From the NCBI GenBank assembly GCA_002269645.1, contig NIVC01000232.1, forward strand, positions 133,684-197,683: DNA of 64,000 nucleotides, given 5' to 3'. Below, piece after piece: positions 15,546 to 26,888 of this stretch. The stretch comes from Macrostomum lignano. Taxonomy: Eukaryota. Within the stretch, counting starts at the first letter, position 1. Each line of letters starts with the position of its first letter. The translations under genes were made by a program, and so were the position numbers. Under the pieces are notes generated by a model. That model was not told where the DNA came from, did no database searches, and was given only the letters and a program-made list of their open reading frames with translations.

Positions 15546-17186
15546 ATGCATCACCTGAGAGCTGCTCTCGAGACCACTACGGCTCACGGCCTGTCGCGCC
15601 TTGTCACCGGCAAGCCCCTGTACGTGAGAGTCGCCTGGCTACTGCTGTTCTGCGTCACCATGGCGCTGTTTCTCCGCGGTTTCGTCGAGTTTGTTGGGAA
15701 GCTTCGATCCAATCCGGCAACAAACTCGCTGGAAGTGAACGGCGCCAGCTTCCAGTTTCCTGACGTGTACGTCTGCTTTGAAAATCCGATCTCGGGCAGC
15801 TATGCCGCTAATCTCCATCCACATTCAGCTGCCGAAATTAACAACCGAATCAATCGGACCTTTGATATACTGTCAGCATACAGCTTTGGATACGGTAACC
15901 AAGATTTGTTCATTAGAGGCTTTTCGTTTGTTCAGCCTCACTCTTTACCGTATCAACTGCTGGTGGATACTTTAGGAAAAAGGCATGAGCAGAGCATTTT
16001 AGTCGGCGGCATAGTTTACAAAGACTCGGCTGGAATGCCGCACTACCGTAAGTTGAATAGCAGTATATTCTATCACCCGATCCACCTGGGATGCGCCAAA
16101 TTCGTACTCAGTGGCGCCGAAGCCGAGCTTTTAGGAAGAAGCGGAGCCAATTCCGGACTGCTACTCAAAGTTCTACTCGATGAAAACTCCTCATATATAC
16201 CGGCGAACGGAGCGCCCATCAGAGACGCAGTGTATACGATGGAGTCTGCAATACCGGTCTCCGACTGGAGCCTCTCGTCCGGCGATCTCTTAGCCCCGGA
16301 CCGAGCATCGGGACTTCGAATCTACTTGGCACCTCCCGGCGAGTACCCGACCGACTTTGTGACCTCATTTTCACTCGGCCCGGGAAAGTATCACACCGTG
16401 GAGATTGACATGAAGCAGCAGGAGTACAAGGCTGGCCAGTTCGACTGCCTGAGCCCGATGCCGGATGTGCAGTTCTTGAATCCGTACCACCGGACGCCGT
16501 ACAATCATTCTTACAGCTACTCATACTGTTTCTACTATGAGTACCAAAGTCTCTACCAGAGAGCGCTGAACATGTCCGGGGATAAGACCCCGATGCCTTG
16601 GGAACTGAGACACAAAGATTACATGTTCAATGTCACTTCAACGCCGAATGTTCTTGATATTTACCCGAACTCAGAGTTAATGAATAATATTGACGATGTT
16701 CAACAGCATGCAACAAAAGCTTGCGAGTCCAAGCGACCCTGTAGCACTATTGAATACAGCGTGAGAATATCCAGCTCCGACTGGCCAACACAAGGATCGC
16801 TCACTGGATTCGTCAACAGCACAGTAGGAGCCGTGTGGCTCCAAGCAAAGATGTTTCACCTGGACGTGCCAGTGCTTGACTTTTTATTCAACGGTAGTGA
16901 CGTTGACGTGCTCACTTACCTGAGAAAGAATCTTCTTAAAGTGTTTTTCAAGCCGAAGAGTCTGCAATGCGACAAGGTCAGCTTTTCTAGAGACTACGGA
17001 GTGTCAAACTTCATATCGGACGTTGGCGGAATCATGGGCATCTACTTGGGAATGTCGATTCTGACTCTGTGCGAGGTTTTCGAACTAATCTACGATCTGA
17101 TTAGCTATTGCAACTCACAGCGCAAAGCAAAGAGTTCCACTTCGGTGGCAGCTTCGTCCGAGATGTCAGTCAAAACACTGCATTGA
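15546..17186 (+). CDS. DEG/ENaC subunit, copy 3 (546 aa, intact)
   Basis: TAHGLSR, FPDVYVCFEN, GLRIYLAPPGEYP, SDVGGIMGIYLGMS. Confidence 0.95.
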   Translation: MHHLRAALETTTAHGLSRLVTGKPLYVRVAWLLLFCVTMALFLRGFVEFVGKLRSNPATNSLEVNGASFQFPDVYVCFENPISGSYAANLHPHSAAEINNRINRTFDILSAYSFGYGNQDLFIRGFSFVQPHSLPYQLLVDTLGKRHEQSILVGGIVYKDSAGMPHYRKLNSSIFYHPIHLGCAKFVLSGAEAELLGRSGANSGLLLKVLLDENSSYIPANGAPIRDAVYTMESAIPVSDWSLSSGDLLAPDRASGLRIYLAPPGEYPTDFVTSFSLGPGKYHTVEIDMKQQEYKAGQFDCLSPMPDVQFLNPYHRTPYNHSYSYSYCFYYEYQSLYQRALNMSGDKTPMPWELRHKDYMFNVTSTPNVLDIYPNSELMNNIDDVQQHATKACESKRPCSTIEYSVRISSSDWPTQGSLTGFVNSTVGAVWLQAKMFHLDVPVLDFLFNGSDVDVLTYLRKNLLKVFFKPKSLQCDKVSFSRDYGVSNFISDVGGIMGIYLGMSILTLCEVFELIYDLISYCNSQRKAKSSTSVAASSEMSVKTLH

Positions 17187-18159
17187 AATGTCAATTGAAG
17201 AGACTCTGCTTTTAATTAATCAATTACCTCTGAAAATCAATGCGTCAATAATTCTCTTATAATCAAGATTCGTGTGCGCAGGAATTAATTTTTACGAAAA
17301 CTAAATTCAAAGCGTTTGTTCAGAAAATGTAACCAGTGGTTCGAACGAGTCTGTTGGAGTGCCCTTTAATTTCATTAATTCAAAAGTGCAAACTTATTCA
17401 GCCGTGGATACGTCGCTCTAATCATCACGGCTTGTTCCTAACTTTTCATGGGAATTAGGCGTCAAGTCACTTTACATGAAGTATCCCCAGTTTTTACTTG
17501 CATGTGAGCACTTCCTTGGGCACCGATATGTATTGTTGAAGTCTGGGTTATTTTGTGTCCTAAATGCGAACTCTACTAGATTGTTCGATTCCTTAATTTG
17601 CATCCCAGCGACTTCGCACACTTTTGTCTCGTTATTTCCTTTATGCAACGATTACTCTTCATTTAGGCCTTGCTATAATTAACTATTGCTGTAGCCTACA
17701 CTAAGCAACAGTATCAATTTTCTTAGAATGCTTTTCTAATACAGTAAATTTACTCTGCACCCTGTAATTCAGGTATTTTCCTTCTACATGCTAAAGCAAT
17801 TTCGATAAAAGACTATTTTTAGAGAACAGTTTGATTCACTCGTACATTGCAAGTTCCTCAGTAGCATACAAATGTTTAACAATGAAGATGCTTTCTACAT
17901 GTTTTTGACGACGATAATATAATATAACAAAGACCATAACGACAAAGACGATGTCCATGTTTTCAAATTAACCTTTCGACTCATTGGCTCATTGGACATT
18001 ATTTTGTCAACTAGCTCGTACAGCTAGTGACGACCTTTTCTAAAAGTGTTCTTTGTTACATTTATAAATTTGCTTAAGGGATGAGGGTTTACAGGAATCA
18101 TATCCGAGCTGGATAAACACTCAATAGATAGTTCATACTTTAATTTTACATGTTGCCAA

Positions 18160-18420
18160 ATGCAAGCTACCGTTGCAACAGCAGTCAGGTCACCGACATC
18201 ATACGGACTGTCGCTTGTTAGTCACCAGCACACCAGTTTTCGTGTGTTTGTTTTGCTCATTATTCATCTCGCAATGCTAGAATTATTTGCCAGGGCCCTC
18301 CGGGAGCTCTTGAGCAAACTAAAGTTAAATCCGACGACAACCTTCTTGTAACTGAGTAGTGCAACAAGTTCCAGTTTTCCCGATGTTCCTATGTACGCCT
18401 GCTTTGAAAATCTGCTTTAA
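18160..18420 (+). pseudogene. Truncated DEG/ENaC relic (N-terminus, TM1 and beta1 only)
   Basis: Translates as MQATVATAVRSPTSYGLSLV...ELFARALRELLSKLKLNPTTTFL*LSSATSSSFPDVPMYACFENLL*, colinear with the first ~85 aa of the other copies. HG is changed to YG, there is an internal stop, and homology ends at TTAA 18417-18420. Confidence 0.8.
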
Positions 18421-18837
18421 ATCCTATCGCATTCATGGTTAAAGGTACATACGTAGCCATGATTACCGGAGACAAGCTGATCTGAGACGCCGTAGGGCAC
18501 GGAGTACCTTTAACCTTATGATTACCAGTGGCATGCTGTGCATGCCATCGTTCATTCTGTCAATTGACCATAGACAGATTTGAAGTCGATGGGAAAGCGA
18601 GTTTAGACAGAATCATTGTCTGACTCAACCAAATGGAATGCTATGCATGCCAAGGCCAAAAAACTGTTTGTATTATCATACTGCGTCGGAGTGTCACAAA
18701 ACAAATAGAAAACGACATACATTGCATGCACAAAGGTAAATCTTGAGAACATAAGGGCAAATGAAGCTAGCTGCATGCAAGTGAATGAAAATAATTTTAG
18801 CAACAGTTCGATTACAGTTTCAGCAAAGCGCCAGCAA

Positions 18838-19300
18838 TCAGTTAGCCGAGTGCCACTCAAAGAAGCACGGCTCCAGGCAAAGCCCAGGCTGACCGTCACA
18901 GCCTTGGCAGAAGTAGACGGTCCGCTTTTTCAGTCTGCGCTGGTAACAAACTCGGCAACGCTTGGTAGGCCGTTATTGTGCTGCGGTAGCGGGTAGCTTT
19001 TCCAGCCGGTGATGAATGTCGCCTGGCTGACGGGGAAGAGCCTGACGCTTAACTCTCGATCGACCATTTCCGCTGCTTTCAATCAAGTGCTTTACACACC
19101 TTTCAGTGTAGCTGAGAAAGCTCATGGATCCACCTAGATGTCGGTACACAATCCAGGAGTTGCGAACCAGCTGCTGTAGCAGAAACACCGCCAACTTTAC
19201 GAACCATTTGTGCGTTCGGCGGCATGCGCTGTTAGGCTGGGCTGCGGCATCCATCCGATCCACACCTCCCATGTTGTGATTATATTGCTTTACGACCGAG
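18838..19300 (-). mobile_element. piggyBac transposase C-terminal relic
   Basis: The minus strand reads VKQYNHNMGGVDRMD...RRTHKWFVKL, then after one premature stop the Cys-rich domain RCRVCYQRRLKKRTVYFCQGCDGQPGLCLEPCFFEWH. Confidence 0.88.
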
Positions 19301-19660
19301 CCGAATGTCTCCTCGAAATCTATGAATAGACAATCAGGATCGTCTGGCGTATCGGCATCTCATCAATGACTCGGCGAAGAGCTAGGATCTGCGTCACTGT
19401 GCCGCAATGGGGCCAGAAGACGTTCTGCTCAGAGCGCAGGTTCGAATCCAGCACCGACTGCAACTGCGATTACAGCGCCCGATCAAACAGATTCGCAGCG
19501 GAAGATTGAAGGCAGATGCCTCGGTCCTCTTCTAGTAATGTGGTACCCCGCTTCTTTGGAATAGCAACGATGTGTCTCCGTCGGCAGCGTCAGATCGTCT
19601 GGTAGCGGGGGGATGTCAGCGCGTTAACAATGGCGTCGAAGTCAATAATCTGAGGTAGAG
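19300..19660 (-). mobile_element. Decayed RTE-type reverse transcriptase fragment (N-terminal RT motifs)
   Basis: The minus strand reads IVAIPKKRG...RGICLQSSAANLFDRAL*...LRSEQNVF...VTQILALRRVIDE...IDFEETFGSV, matching the LINE RT pattern IPKK/RGI.L/EQ.GF/QI.ALRR/FIDF..AFDSV, with stops and a frameshift. Confidence 0.72.
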
Positions 19661-20454
19661 GTTGATTCATTCATAAAATGCTACTGTGAGTGAGTAATAA
19701 AACACTCGAAGTACAAACTCCGTTATTTCTAAAAGAAGACGTCCTTTCTGTTTTTTCTTGTATTATTAGGCCACATCTCTGATTTCGCTTACTGAACTCA
19801 AAGAATAACGCTAACGCCGACGAGTTGAACTGTTTCGTAAACTAACATCGGTCTTGTATACGGCAACTGTCAGAATTGAAGAAGAGAACACCGCAAGCAG
19901 AAAAACCGGAACAACAGGAAGAGGAGCACGCAATACTACTCGTAGAATTAGGTGATTACAAAATTTTGTTCCCAGACTTGCGGTCTGAAAGTGGGAGTTC
20001 GTGCGTTTGGACATTCTTACATAATTCGCTCTCTCTCTCTTCTCACTCTCCGGTGTGCTAAAGCGATCTCTTCATAGCCACTTTTAAATACTGCTGAAAG
20101 CGAATGATACGACAGAGCAATAGAAGATGTAGCTGACCAGTCTGCAAAATAGGTTCATCACTGACACACAGGTGTTTTATTTCTACAATAATGGAAATCA
20201 ATTAGCTGCACTGACACACGCTTTTGCTTGTGATTTGGCAAACAATACGGTAGATTTGATGAGTATTTTATGCTATTAACTGAGCTGGTCATTAATTAGC
20301 ATTACATTAGCTCAACAAATAAATCCTTTCAACTGAACTTTTCGCAAATAGATTGTTTGCAATCAGCCAGAAAACCGGGGCTAAAAAGTATAACCGATCT
20401 GTAGAGCAAGCAGTTAAGTAGATTTGTTCCTAGCAAAAACCTCAACTGAGCAGC

Positions 20455-22116
20455 ATGAAGCAGCTGTTTCGATCAGCGCTGGAGTCCAGCAGCGCTCATG
20501 GACTGCCGAGAACCGTCAGCAGCGAGAAACCACTGTTTGTCAGGCTGATCTGGTTGGCTCTGTTCTCCTTCATGCTTGTCTTGTTTTTAAACAGCCTAGT
20601 TCGATTCACTGAGAAACTCATCGCGAATCCGCAAACCAGCTCGATTGAGGCGAACTCCGTCACCTTCCAGTTTCCGGATATTTACGCCTGCCATGAAACT
20701 CCCGTGTCGGCCAGCTACGCGGTAAATGTAGACAAGAAGATGGCACTGGAGATCAACTCTCTATTAAGTAATACAACAAGGAAAATTCGACAATTTTTTA
20801 CAACTAGAAATCAGTCTGGTAGGGACGAAAACATTCGGCCGGTTACATTCGTTTACGTGCATTCGCTTCCCTACTCGCTTCTGGTTGACGCGCTGGCCCA
20901 CAGGGCCGAGCAATCTGTCATCTCAAGTGGCGTCCTGTATAGAGGAAAACGCAGCACTCCCCAGTACAAACATATTGAAGCGACCAGCTTCTTTCATCCC
21001 ACGTACCTTCGGTGCTCGAAGTGGACCCTGGACAAAGACTGGCAGAAAACCGTGTTGAAGTCCGGCTCGTGGGCCGGCATCACTGCAACGCTGCTCATCG
21101 ACTCGAGCGCATCGGAGATCGAATCCAATGGCGCGCCAATTCAGCGCATGGTGTACTCAAACTACAGCTTGCTCTCAGTCTGGGAGTGGTCTCTATCAAT
21201 GCGTGACATCTTTGAGCCAGACAGGAGCGCCGGAATTCGAGTATTCCTCGCACCGCAAGGCGAATACCCGTCCGAGTTCGTGAGCTCGTTCGTCCTGGGT
21301 CCGGGAAAGCACCACACAGTCGAAATCGAGATGCTGCAGCAGGAGTACACAGCTGGCCAGTTCTCGTGTCGCGGTGACAGTCCCGCCGTGCAGTTTGTGA
21401 ATCCGTACGATGACACTCCGTACAATCACACCTACAGCTATTCCTACTGCTACTACGCGTTGTATAACAAAGGTCTTCAAGAAACGCTTAACATGTCCGG
21501 AGGGATCGGTCCTCTGCCGTGGCCTTTGAGAGGGAAGAACCATGCATTCAATTTTACCGGCGAGCCCAGCCTGGCAGACACGTCCGCGGCTGAGGTGAAT
21601 CCCGACTTTTTTACTGAACTGCTTGACAATATCGATAAATACTGTCAGCTGCAACGTCCGTGCACCAGCCAGCAGTACAAGGCGAGCATCACCAGTGCCA
21701 AATGGCCAACTCAAAGCTCGCTTGCTTCCTTCATCAACAGCTCGGTGAAGCAGACCTGGACTCAAGCCAAGGCCAGGAACCTCAGTGTACCTGCGCTAGA
21801 CTTTCTGATGACAGGAAACGCATCCAGTGTCGCTTCGTTTATTCAAGAGAATGTTTTGAAAGTGCAGTTTAAGCCGCTTGCTGTACTCTGCAATAAAGTG
21901 GTGTTCTCAAGGGAATACGGCTTGGAAAACTTTGTATCGGATATCGGAGGCGTCATGGGAATTTACCTGGGCATGTCACTACTAACTCTTTGCGAACTGC
22001 TTGAGCTGCTGTACGACACTCTTGCTTGGTGCACTTCAAAGAGTAGACATTCCGCGAATGCAGTTGGGAGTCATGTCGCCTCCTCGAAAGCTACGTCTGT
22101 TGTAGAGATAAGCTGA
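20455..22116 (+). CDS. DEG/ENaC subunit, copy 4 (553 aa, intact; closest to copy 2)
   Basis: SAHGLPR, FPDIYACHE, SDIGGVMGIYLGMS. Near-identical central block shared with copy 2. Confidence 0.95.
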   Translation: MKQLFRSALESSSAHGLPRTVSSEKPLFVRLIWLALFSFMLVLFLNSLVRFTEKLIANPQTSSIEANSVTFQFPDIYACHETPVSASYAVNVDKKMALEINSLLSNTTRKIRQFFTTRNQSGRDENIRPVTFVYVHSLPYSLLVDALAHRAEQSVISSGVLYRGKRSTPQYKHIEATSFFHPTYLRCSKWTLDKDWQKTVLKSGSWAGITATLLIDSSASEIESNGAPIQRMVYSNYSLLSVWEWSLSMRDIFEPDRSAGIRVFLAPQGEYPSEFVSSFVLGPGKHHTVEIEMLQQEYTAGQFSCRGDSPAVQFVNPYDDTPYNHTYSYSYCYYALYNKGLQETLNMSGGIGPLPWPLRGKNHAFNFTGEPSLADTSAAEVNPDFFTELLDNIDKYCQLQRPCTSQQYKASITSAKWPTQSSLASFINSSVKQTWTQAKARNLSVPALDFLMTGNASSVASFIQENVLKVQFKPLAVLCNKVVFSREYGLENFVSDIGGVMGIYLGMSLLTLCELLELLYDTLAWCTSKSRHSANAVGSHVASSKATSVVEIS

Positions 22117-22949
22117 GTTTTTTTGCAGCTGAAATTCAAGTTTTAATCAGCTTTTTAAACTTATTATACGACTCATTAATGCCGTAATGAGCCCATGCAG
22201 CGCTGCATCCTTTATACTTATTTTTATAGCCTTTAACTTTGCAATGTTTATCATTGACAAGGCCTTTAATAAAGCATTAAGTGGTTTTTTTATTGTTTAT
22301 CGATGCTACCCTAACTACTCTGACGAGACTTTATATTCAAGAATTGTGTGACGAAAAATGTACTGTTTTCTATTTACGTATATATATTATCCAAACAATG
22401 GTTTTTCCCAACAAAAGTGTAATTGTAGCAACAATCGTGTGTATCAGACCTGATGTGATGCGAGCCAGTGAAATTTACTTTCTATCCTGACTTACTGATC
22501 ACAAATGTCGAAAGATTTAATAATACTACTAAAGCTGTACAGGAAAAGATGAAGTTAATGCAATGAGTTTGGCAAACATATTCCATCAACTGCCAATCTA
22601 TCAAATCTATTGCCGAGGCCGCTTCTGTCGGCAGTAAATTCGATTATTGGCAATAAAAAATGAGCTATTATCAGAAAGGCAGACCAGCAAACAGGAAATG
22701 TTTGACGTATAAATCAAAGCCATTATTTATTCAGTAAATATACGCTTACAAGGAATTGATTGCAAAGCACTCAAGGCCCTCGTATGTGAATGTAACATTG
22801 ATAAGTTTCTGTTCATGCTAATTCCGATTAATTTAAGCACTGGCTCAAAACGAGAACCGTTGGTGTGCGCAGTATTAGTACAACTCATTGACACATCATC
22901 AGTTTCTCTCCTAGAATCAAAGTATTAAATACACTGCGCCAAGAGAAAT

Positions 22950-24635
22950 ATGCAGCAAGTGAGAATAGCTGTGAGCTCTACGACTTCGCACGGACTGCCA
23001 AGAGTCGTGTCGAACAAGCCTGTGTATGTGCGGATAGCCTGGCTCCTGCTGTATCTGCTCATGCTCAGCCTGTTTCTCAAGAGCTTCTTTGAATTCGTTC
23101 AAAAGCTACAGTCGCAGAAGGTGACAACCTCAATAGAATCGGGCGTTGAGACTATCCGTTTCCCGGATGTGTGCATTTGCTTTGAAAATCCGATATCGGG
23201 GAGCTACTCCAGCGTCATTGACAACAGCACCGCGGCAACAATTAATGCTACCTTCAGCGTTGTGGACGAAGAAATTAGAAGTTTTGCGATCAGGCATAAC
23301 TATACTGAAAAGAAGCTTCAAGAGCTAAAAGTAGAAAGCAGCTTCTTATATGTGTTCGGTCTGCCCTACACGATTTTATTTGACAGTCTGTCTCATAGAG
23401 TCGAACAGAGCGTCATATCGAGCAGCATCATCTATATTAACGACGTTGGTGAGCCAACTTATGCTCAGATTGACACAAGAGCTTTTAACCATCCGCAGTA
23501 CCTTCGATGTCTACAGTGGACAATCAACAGCACCTGGCAAGAGAAAATGACCACGACCGAGTCGTGGGCTGGACTCACCGTCACCTTGCTGTTGGACACT
23601 GACTCGTCATTCTTCGAGCAGAATGGCTCTCCAATAAAGAAGCGGACATTCATTCCAGATGGCACTGAAGTCCCGATGTCCGATTGGACCTTCTCAATTA
23701 GCGGCTACAGAGAGTCGGACAGACTTGCCGGACTGAAGGTGTTCCTGACTCCGCCTGGCGAGTATCCATCGGACTTCGTGCACTCGTTCTCTCTCGGTCC
23801 GGGTAAATATTATACAGTTGAAATTGGCATGAACCGGCATTGCCTAACTGAAAATCAGTTCGACTGTGTTGGAAGCGGCCATCCAGAAGTCCAGTATGTC
23901 GATCCGTACGATATGTCACCGATCAGCCATGCCTACAGCTATTCCTACTGCTTTTACGAGGCTTACCACCGCTTGACCCAGCAGCTTTTTAATCTGTCCG
24001 GGCATATTGGTCCGCTGCCATGGCCCCTGAGAAGTCGGAAGTATCTGTACAATATCTCTGCCCGACCGCACTTTGCCAGCGTTGACCACGACAGCTCAGT
24101 ATGGCTTGAACAGACAAAACTAACGGAAAAGATCCAACAAGCTTGCAAACAGAAGCGGCCCTGCAGCACACTGGACTATGCTGCCAGCATCTCCAGTACC
24201 AACTGGCCGACCCAGAACTCCCTCTTTTCCTTCATCAACAGCTCAGTAAGGCGGACTTGGACTAGAGCCAAATCCAGGAACCTTAGCGTACCAGCGCTCG
24301 ACTTCCTCATGACCGGAAATGCGTCCAGTGTGGCGTCGTATGTTCGCAACAATTTGCTGAAGGTGCACTTCAAAGCAAAAAGCGTCAGTGGCGACAGGAT
24401 CGTTTTTTCTATCGACTATGGATTCTCGAATTTTGTTTCTGAAGTAGGCGGCGTCATGGGTATCTACTTGGGCATGTCACTATTGACATTATGCGAGCTG
24501 CTGGAGCTGCTGCACGACTTTGTTGCCCGGTTTTGCCGACGGCGCGATGCAGACACATCTCATGGAAGTACTAGTAACGTCGAAGTGTGTAATGTACATG
24601 TACAATCGCCTAATTGTAAAATTTCTCCTCAGTGA
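22950..24635 (+). CDS. DEG/ENaC subunit, copy 5 (561 aa, intact)
   Basis: TSHGLPR, FPDVCICFEN, GLKVFLTPPGEYP, SEVGGVMGIYLGMS. Confidence 0.95.
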   Translation: MQQVRIAVSSTTSHGLPRVVSNKPVYVRIAWLLLYLLMLSLFLKSFFEFVQKLQSQKVTTSIESGVETIRFPDVCICFENPISGSYSSVIDNSTAATINATFSVVDEEIRSFAIRHNYTEKKLQELKVESSFLYVFGLPYTILFDSLSHRVEQSVISSSIIYINDVGEPTYAQIDTRAFNHPQYLRCLQWTINSTWQEKMTTTESWAGLTVTLLLDTDSSFFEQNGSPIKKRTFIPDGTEVPMSDWTFSISGYRESDRLAGLKVFLTPPGEYPSDFVHSFSLGPGKYYTVEIGMNRHCLTENQFDCVGSGHPEVQYVDPYDMSPISHAYSYSYCFYEAYHRLTQQLFNLSGHIGPLPWPLRSRKYLYNISARPHFASVDHDSSVWLEQTKLTEKIQQACKQKRPCSTLDYAASISSTNWPTQNSLFSFINSSVRRTWTRAKSRNLSVPALDFLMTGNASSVASYVRNNLLKVHFKAKSVSGDRIVFSIDYGFSNFVSEVGGVMGIYLGMSLLTLCELLELLHDFVARFCRRRDADTSHGSTSNVEVCNVHVQSPNCKISPQ

Positions 24636-25250
24636 ATTTTTATTAGGAAATTATAGCAGAACGTTTAAACAAAAAAGCTATCTATGTGTCAGAGAATTAG
24701 TGTCCGTTATATACTCTCGTACGTTGTTTTGATTGTAAACGCGTAAAATTTAGGCTTGTATTTTATACTGATAAGAACTTTAGTAATGTAATTTTAAAAA
24801 CAAAAAAATCAATAGAAATTCTATTTTAAAGAATTTGAAGCGATTCAAGGTGTCGCATATTTAACGTTTTATACACTATAGTCTCTAGTTAGTTTCACTT
24901 TAGCTTACCTGTCAATCATCTGCCTACTGTGTATTAAGTAGAAGTGTATATAAAAGCGTATTGCAAAAATTAGCAGCTCATGTTGACATAGATTTGAGAA
25001 TCAAAGTCCATTTGCTTTGCCAACATTGCGCTAGCAGTTTAAAATTCGCTAAAACTTTGCTATGACACCTCAGTGCAGATAGCTGTTTGCTCGGCTTATG
25101 CAAACAGAAGATAGGTAAATGAGTCAGCAAATTCTGATATTTGCATCACAAAGCAAACGTAAATGGGATTATTAAATAGACCAAAAACCGTTAGAGAAGC
25201 TAAAGTTAAACCAGCTTGTGTTTCACGAACAGCCTTGGAGAGGCCACAGC

Positions 25251-26888
25251 ATGCAGAAGTTGCAACTAGCGCTCACTCAGTCCACATCTCACGGACTGCC
25301 TAGAGTGGTCTCAAACAAGCCCGTCTACGTGAGAATAGCCTGGCTGTTACTCTTTCTGCTCATGTTTAGCCTCTTCCTAAAGAGCTTCTTCGACTTTGTC
25401 AACAAACTTAAATCTCAGTTGGTGACGTCTTCTATTGAATCGCGGAGCGAGAAGTTCCAGCTCCCGGATGTGTACGCTTGCTTTGAGAATCCTGTGTCTG
25501 GAAGCTATTCCGGTAACATTGGTGGCAGCACCGCCAGAGCCATCAATGACAGCTTCAATAGTCTAGATGAAGAGCTAAGGAACATTAAAGTTAAACACGG
25601 ATTTACTCAGAAGCAGCTGCAAGCGCTTGTCATGCAAAACAGTTTCGCCTACGTGTTTAGTCTGCCCTACAAACTGCTATTCGACAGTCTGACTCACCGA
25701 GTCGAGCAGAGCGTCATATCTAGCAGTGTCAGCTTCATCAGCGCCAACGGAGAGCTGAGACGAGCTGAATTGGAAGCCAATGAGTTCAACCATCCGCAGT
25801 ACCTTCGCTGTCTGCAGTGGGCCATCAACAGCACCTGGCAGGAGAAAATTATCTCAGACGAGTCGTGGGCCGGACTCACGGTCACTTTGCTTCTAGATAA
25901 CAACTCGTCCTTCGTAAAGTCAGGAGGATACCCGATTCCGCTGAAGGCTTTTCGACAAGACGGCACAGGCGTACCAGTCTCTGACTGGACTATGTCAGAG
26001 AAAGGTTACTCAGAAGCTGACAGAGTGGCAGGGCTGAGGGTGTTTTTGAGTCCAGCTGGAGAGTACCCGTCGGATTTTGTGAACTCATTCGTTTTAAGTC
26101 CAGGAAAATTCCACTTGATCAAGATAGAACAGATTCGGAACGTACTCGCCGAAAATCAGTTCGATTGTGTTAAAAGCCGGCACGAAGTTCAGTTCGCCAA
26201 CCCGTACGATCTCTCAAAGTACAGTCACTCGTACAGCTACTCCTACTGCTACTACTATGAGTACCACAAGCTTTTCCAGCAGTTCTTCAATCTGTCTGGC
26301 GAAATAAGTCCACTTCCGTGGCCTCTAAGAAGTAGGAAGTATCTATACAACTTTTCTAGTTCACCAAATTACATGGATTTGGATCCGTCTGTGTTGATCA
26401 ATCAGGCAACCATTACAGAAAAGGTTCGACAAACCTGTTTGACAAAACAGCCTTGCAGCACACTGGACTACAGCACCAGCATCTCTGGCGCTGACTGGCC
26501 TACTCAGAGCTCCCTTGCTTCCTTCATCAACAGCTCAGTGAGACAGGCCTGGACTCGAGCGAATTCCAGGAACCTCAGTGTACCTGCGCTTGACTTTCTG
26601 ATGAATGGGAAGGCATCCGATGTGGCCGCATATGCTCGAGAAAACCTGTTGAAGGTGCACTTTAAACCTAAGAGCATTAGAAGTGACAAGATAACTTTCT
26701 CCATTGACTACGGTGTTTCTAACTTTGTATCGGATGTTGGCGGCATCATGGGGATCTATTTGGGCATGTCGCTGCTGACTCTTTGCGAACTGCTAGAGCT
26801 GCTGTTCGACCTTGCTGCCTGGAGTTACTCAAAGAGCGATAAATTCAAGTCGGCTTCGGAAGAAACTGATCCTGAGACAGCGACTTGA
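25251..26888 (+). CDS. DEG/ENaC subunit, copy 6 (intact; ATG at 25251)
   Basis: TSHGLPR, LPDVYACFEN, SDVGGIMGIYLGMS. The ORF track starts at an upstream GTG (25218). Confidence 0.95.
   Translation: MQKLQLALTQSTSHGLPRVVSNKPVYVRIAWLLLFLLMFSLFLKSFFDFVNKLKSQLVTSSIESRSEKFQLPDVYACFENPVSGSYSGNIGGSTARAINDSFNSLDEELRNIKVKHGFTQKQLQALVMQNSFAYVFSLPYKLLFDSLTHRVEQSVISSSVSFISANGELRRAELEANEFNHPQYLRCLQWAINSTWQEKIISDESWAGLTVTLLLDNNSSFVKSGGYPIPLKAFRQDGTGVPVSDWTMSEKGYSEADRVAGLRVFLSPAGEYPSDFVNSFVLSPGKFHLIKIEQIRNVLAENQFDCVKSRHEVQFANPYDLSKYSHSYSYSYCYYYEYHKLFQQFFNLSGEISPLPWPLRSRKYLYNFSSSPNYMDLDPSVLINQATITEKVRQTCLTKQPCSTLDYSTSISGADWPTQSSLASFINSSVRQAWTRANSRNLSVPALDFLMNGKASDVAAYARENLLKVHFKPKSIRSDKITFSIDYGVSNFVSDVGGIMGIYLGMSLLTLCELLELLFDLAAWSYSKSDKFKSASEETDPETAT

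Noticed and set aside
19811-20061. Short ORFs between the RT relic and channel copy 4
   Set aside because: No recognisable homology or gene structure.
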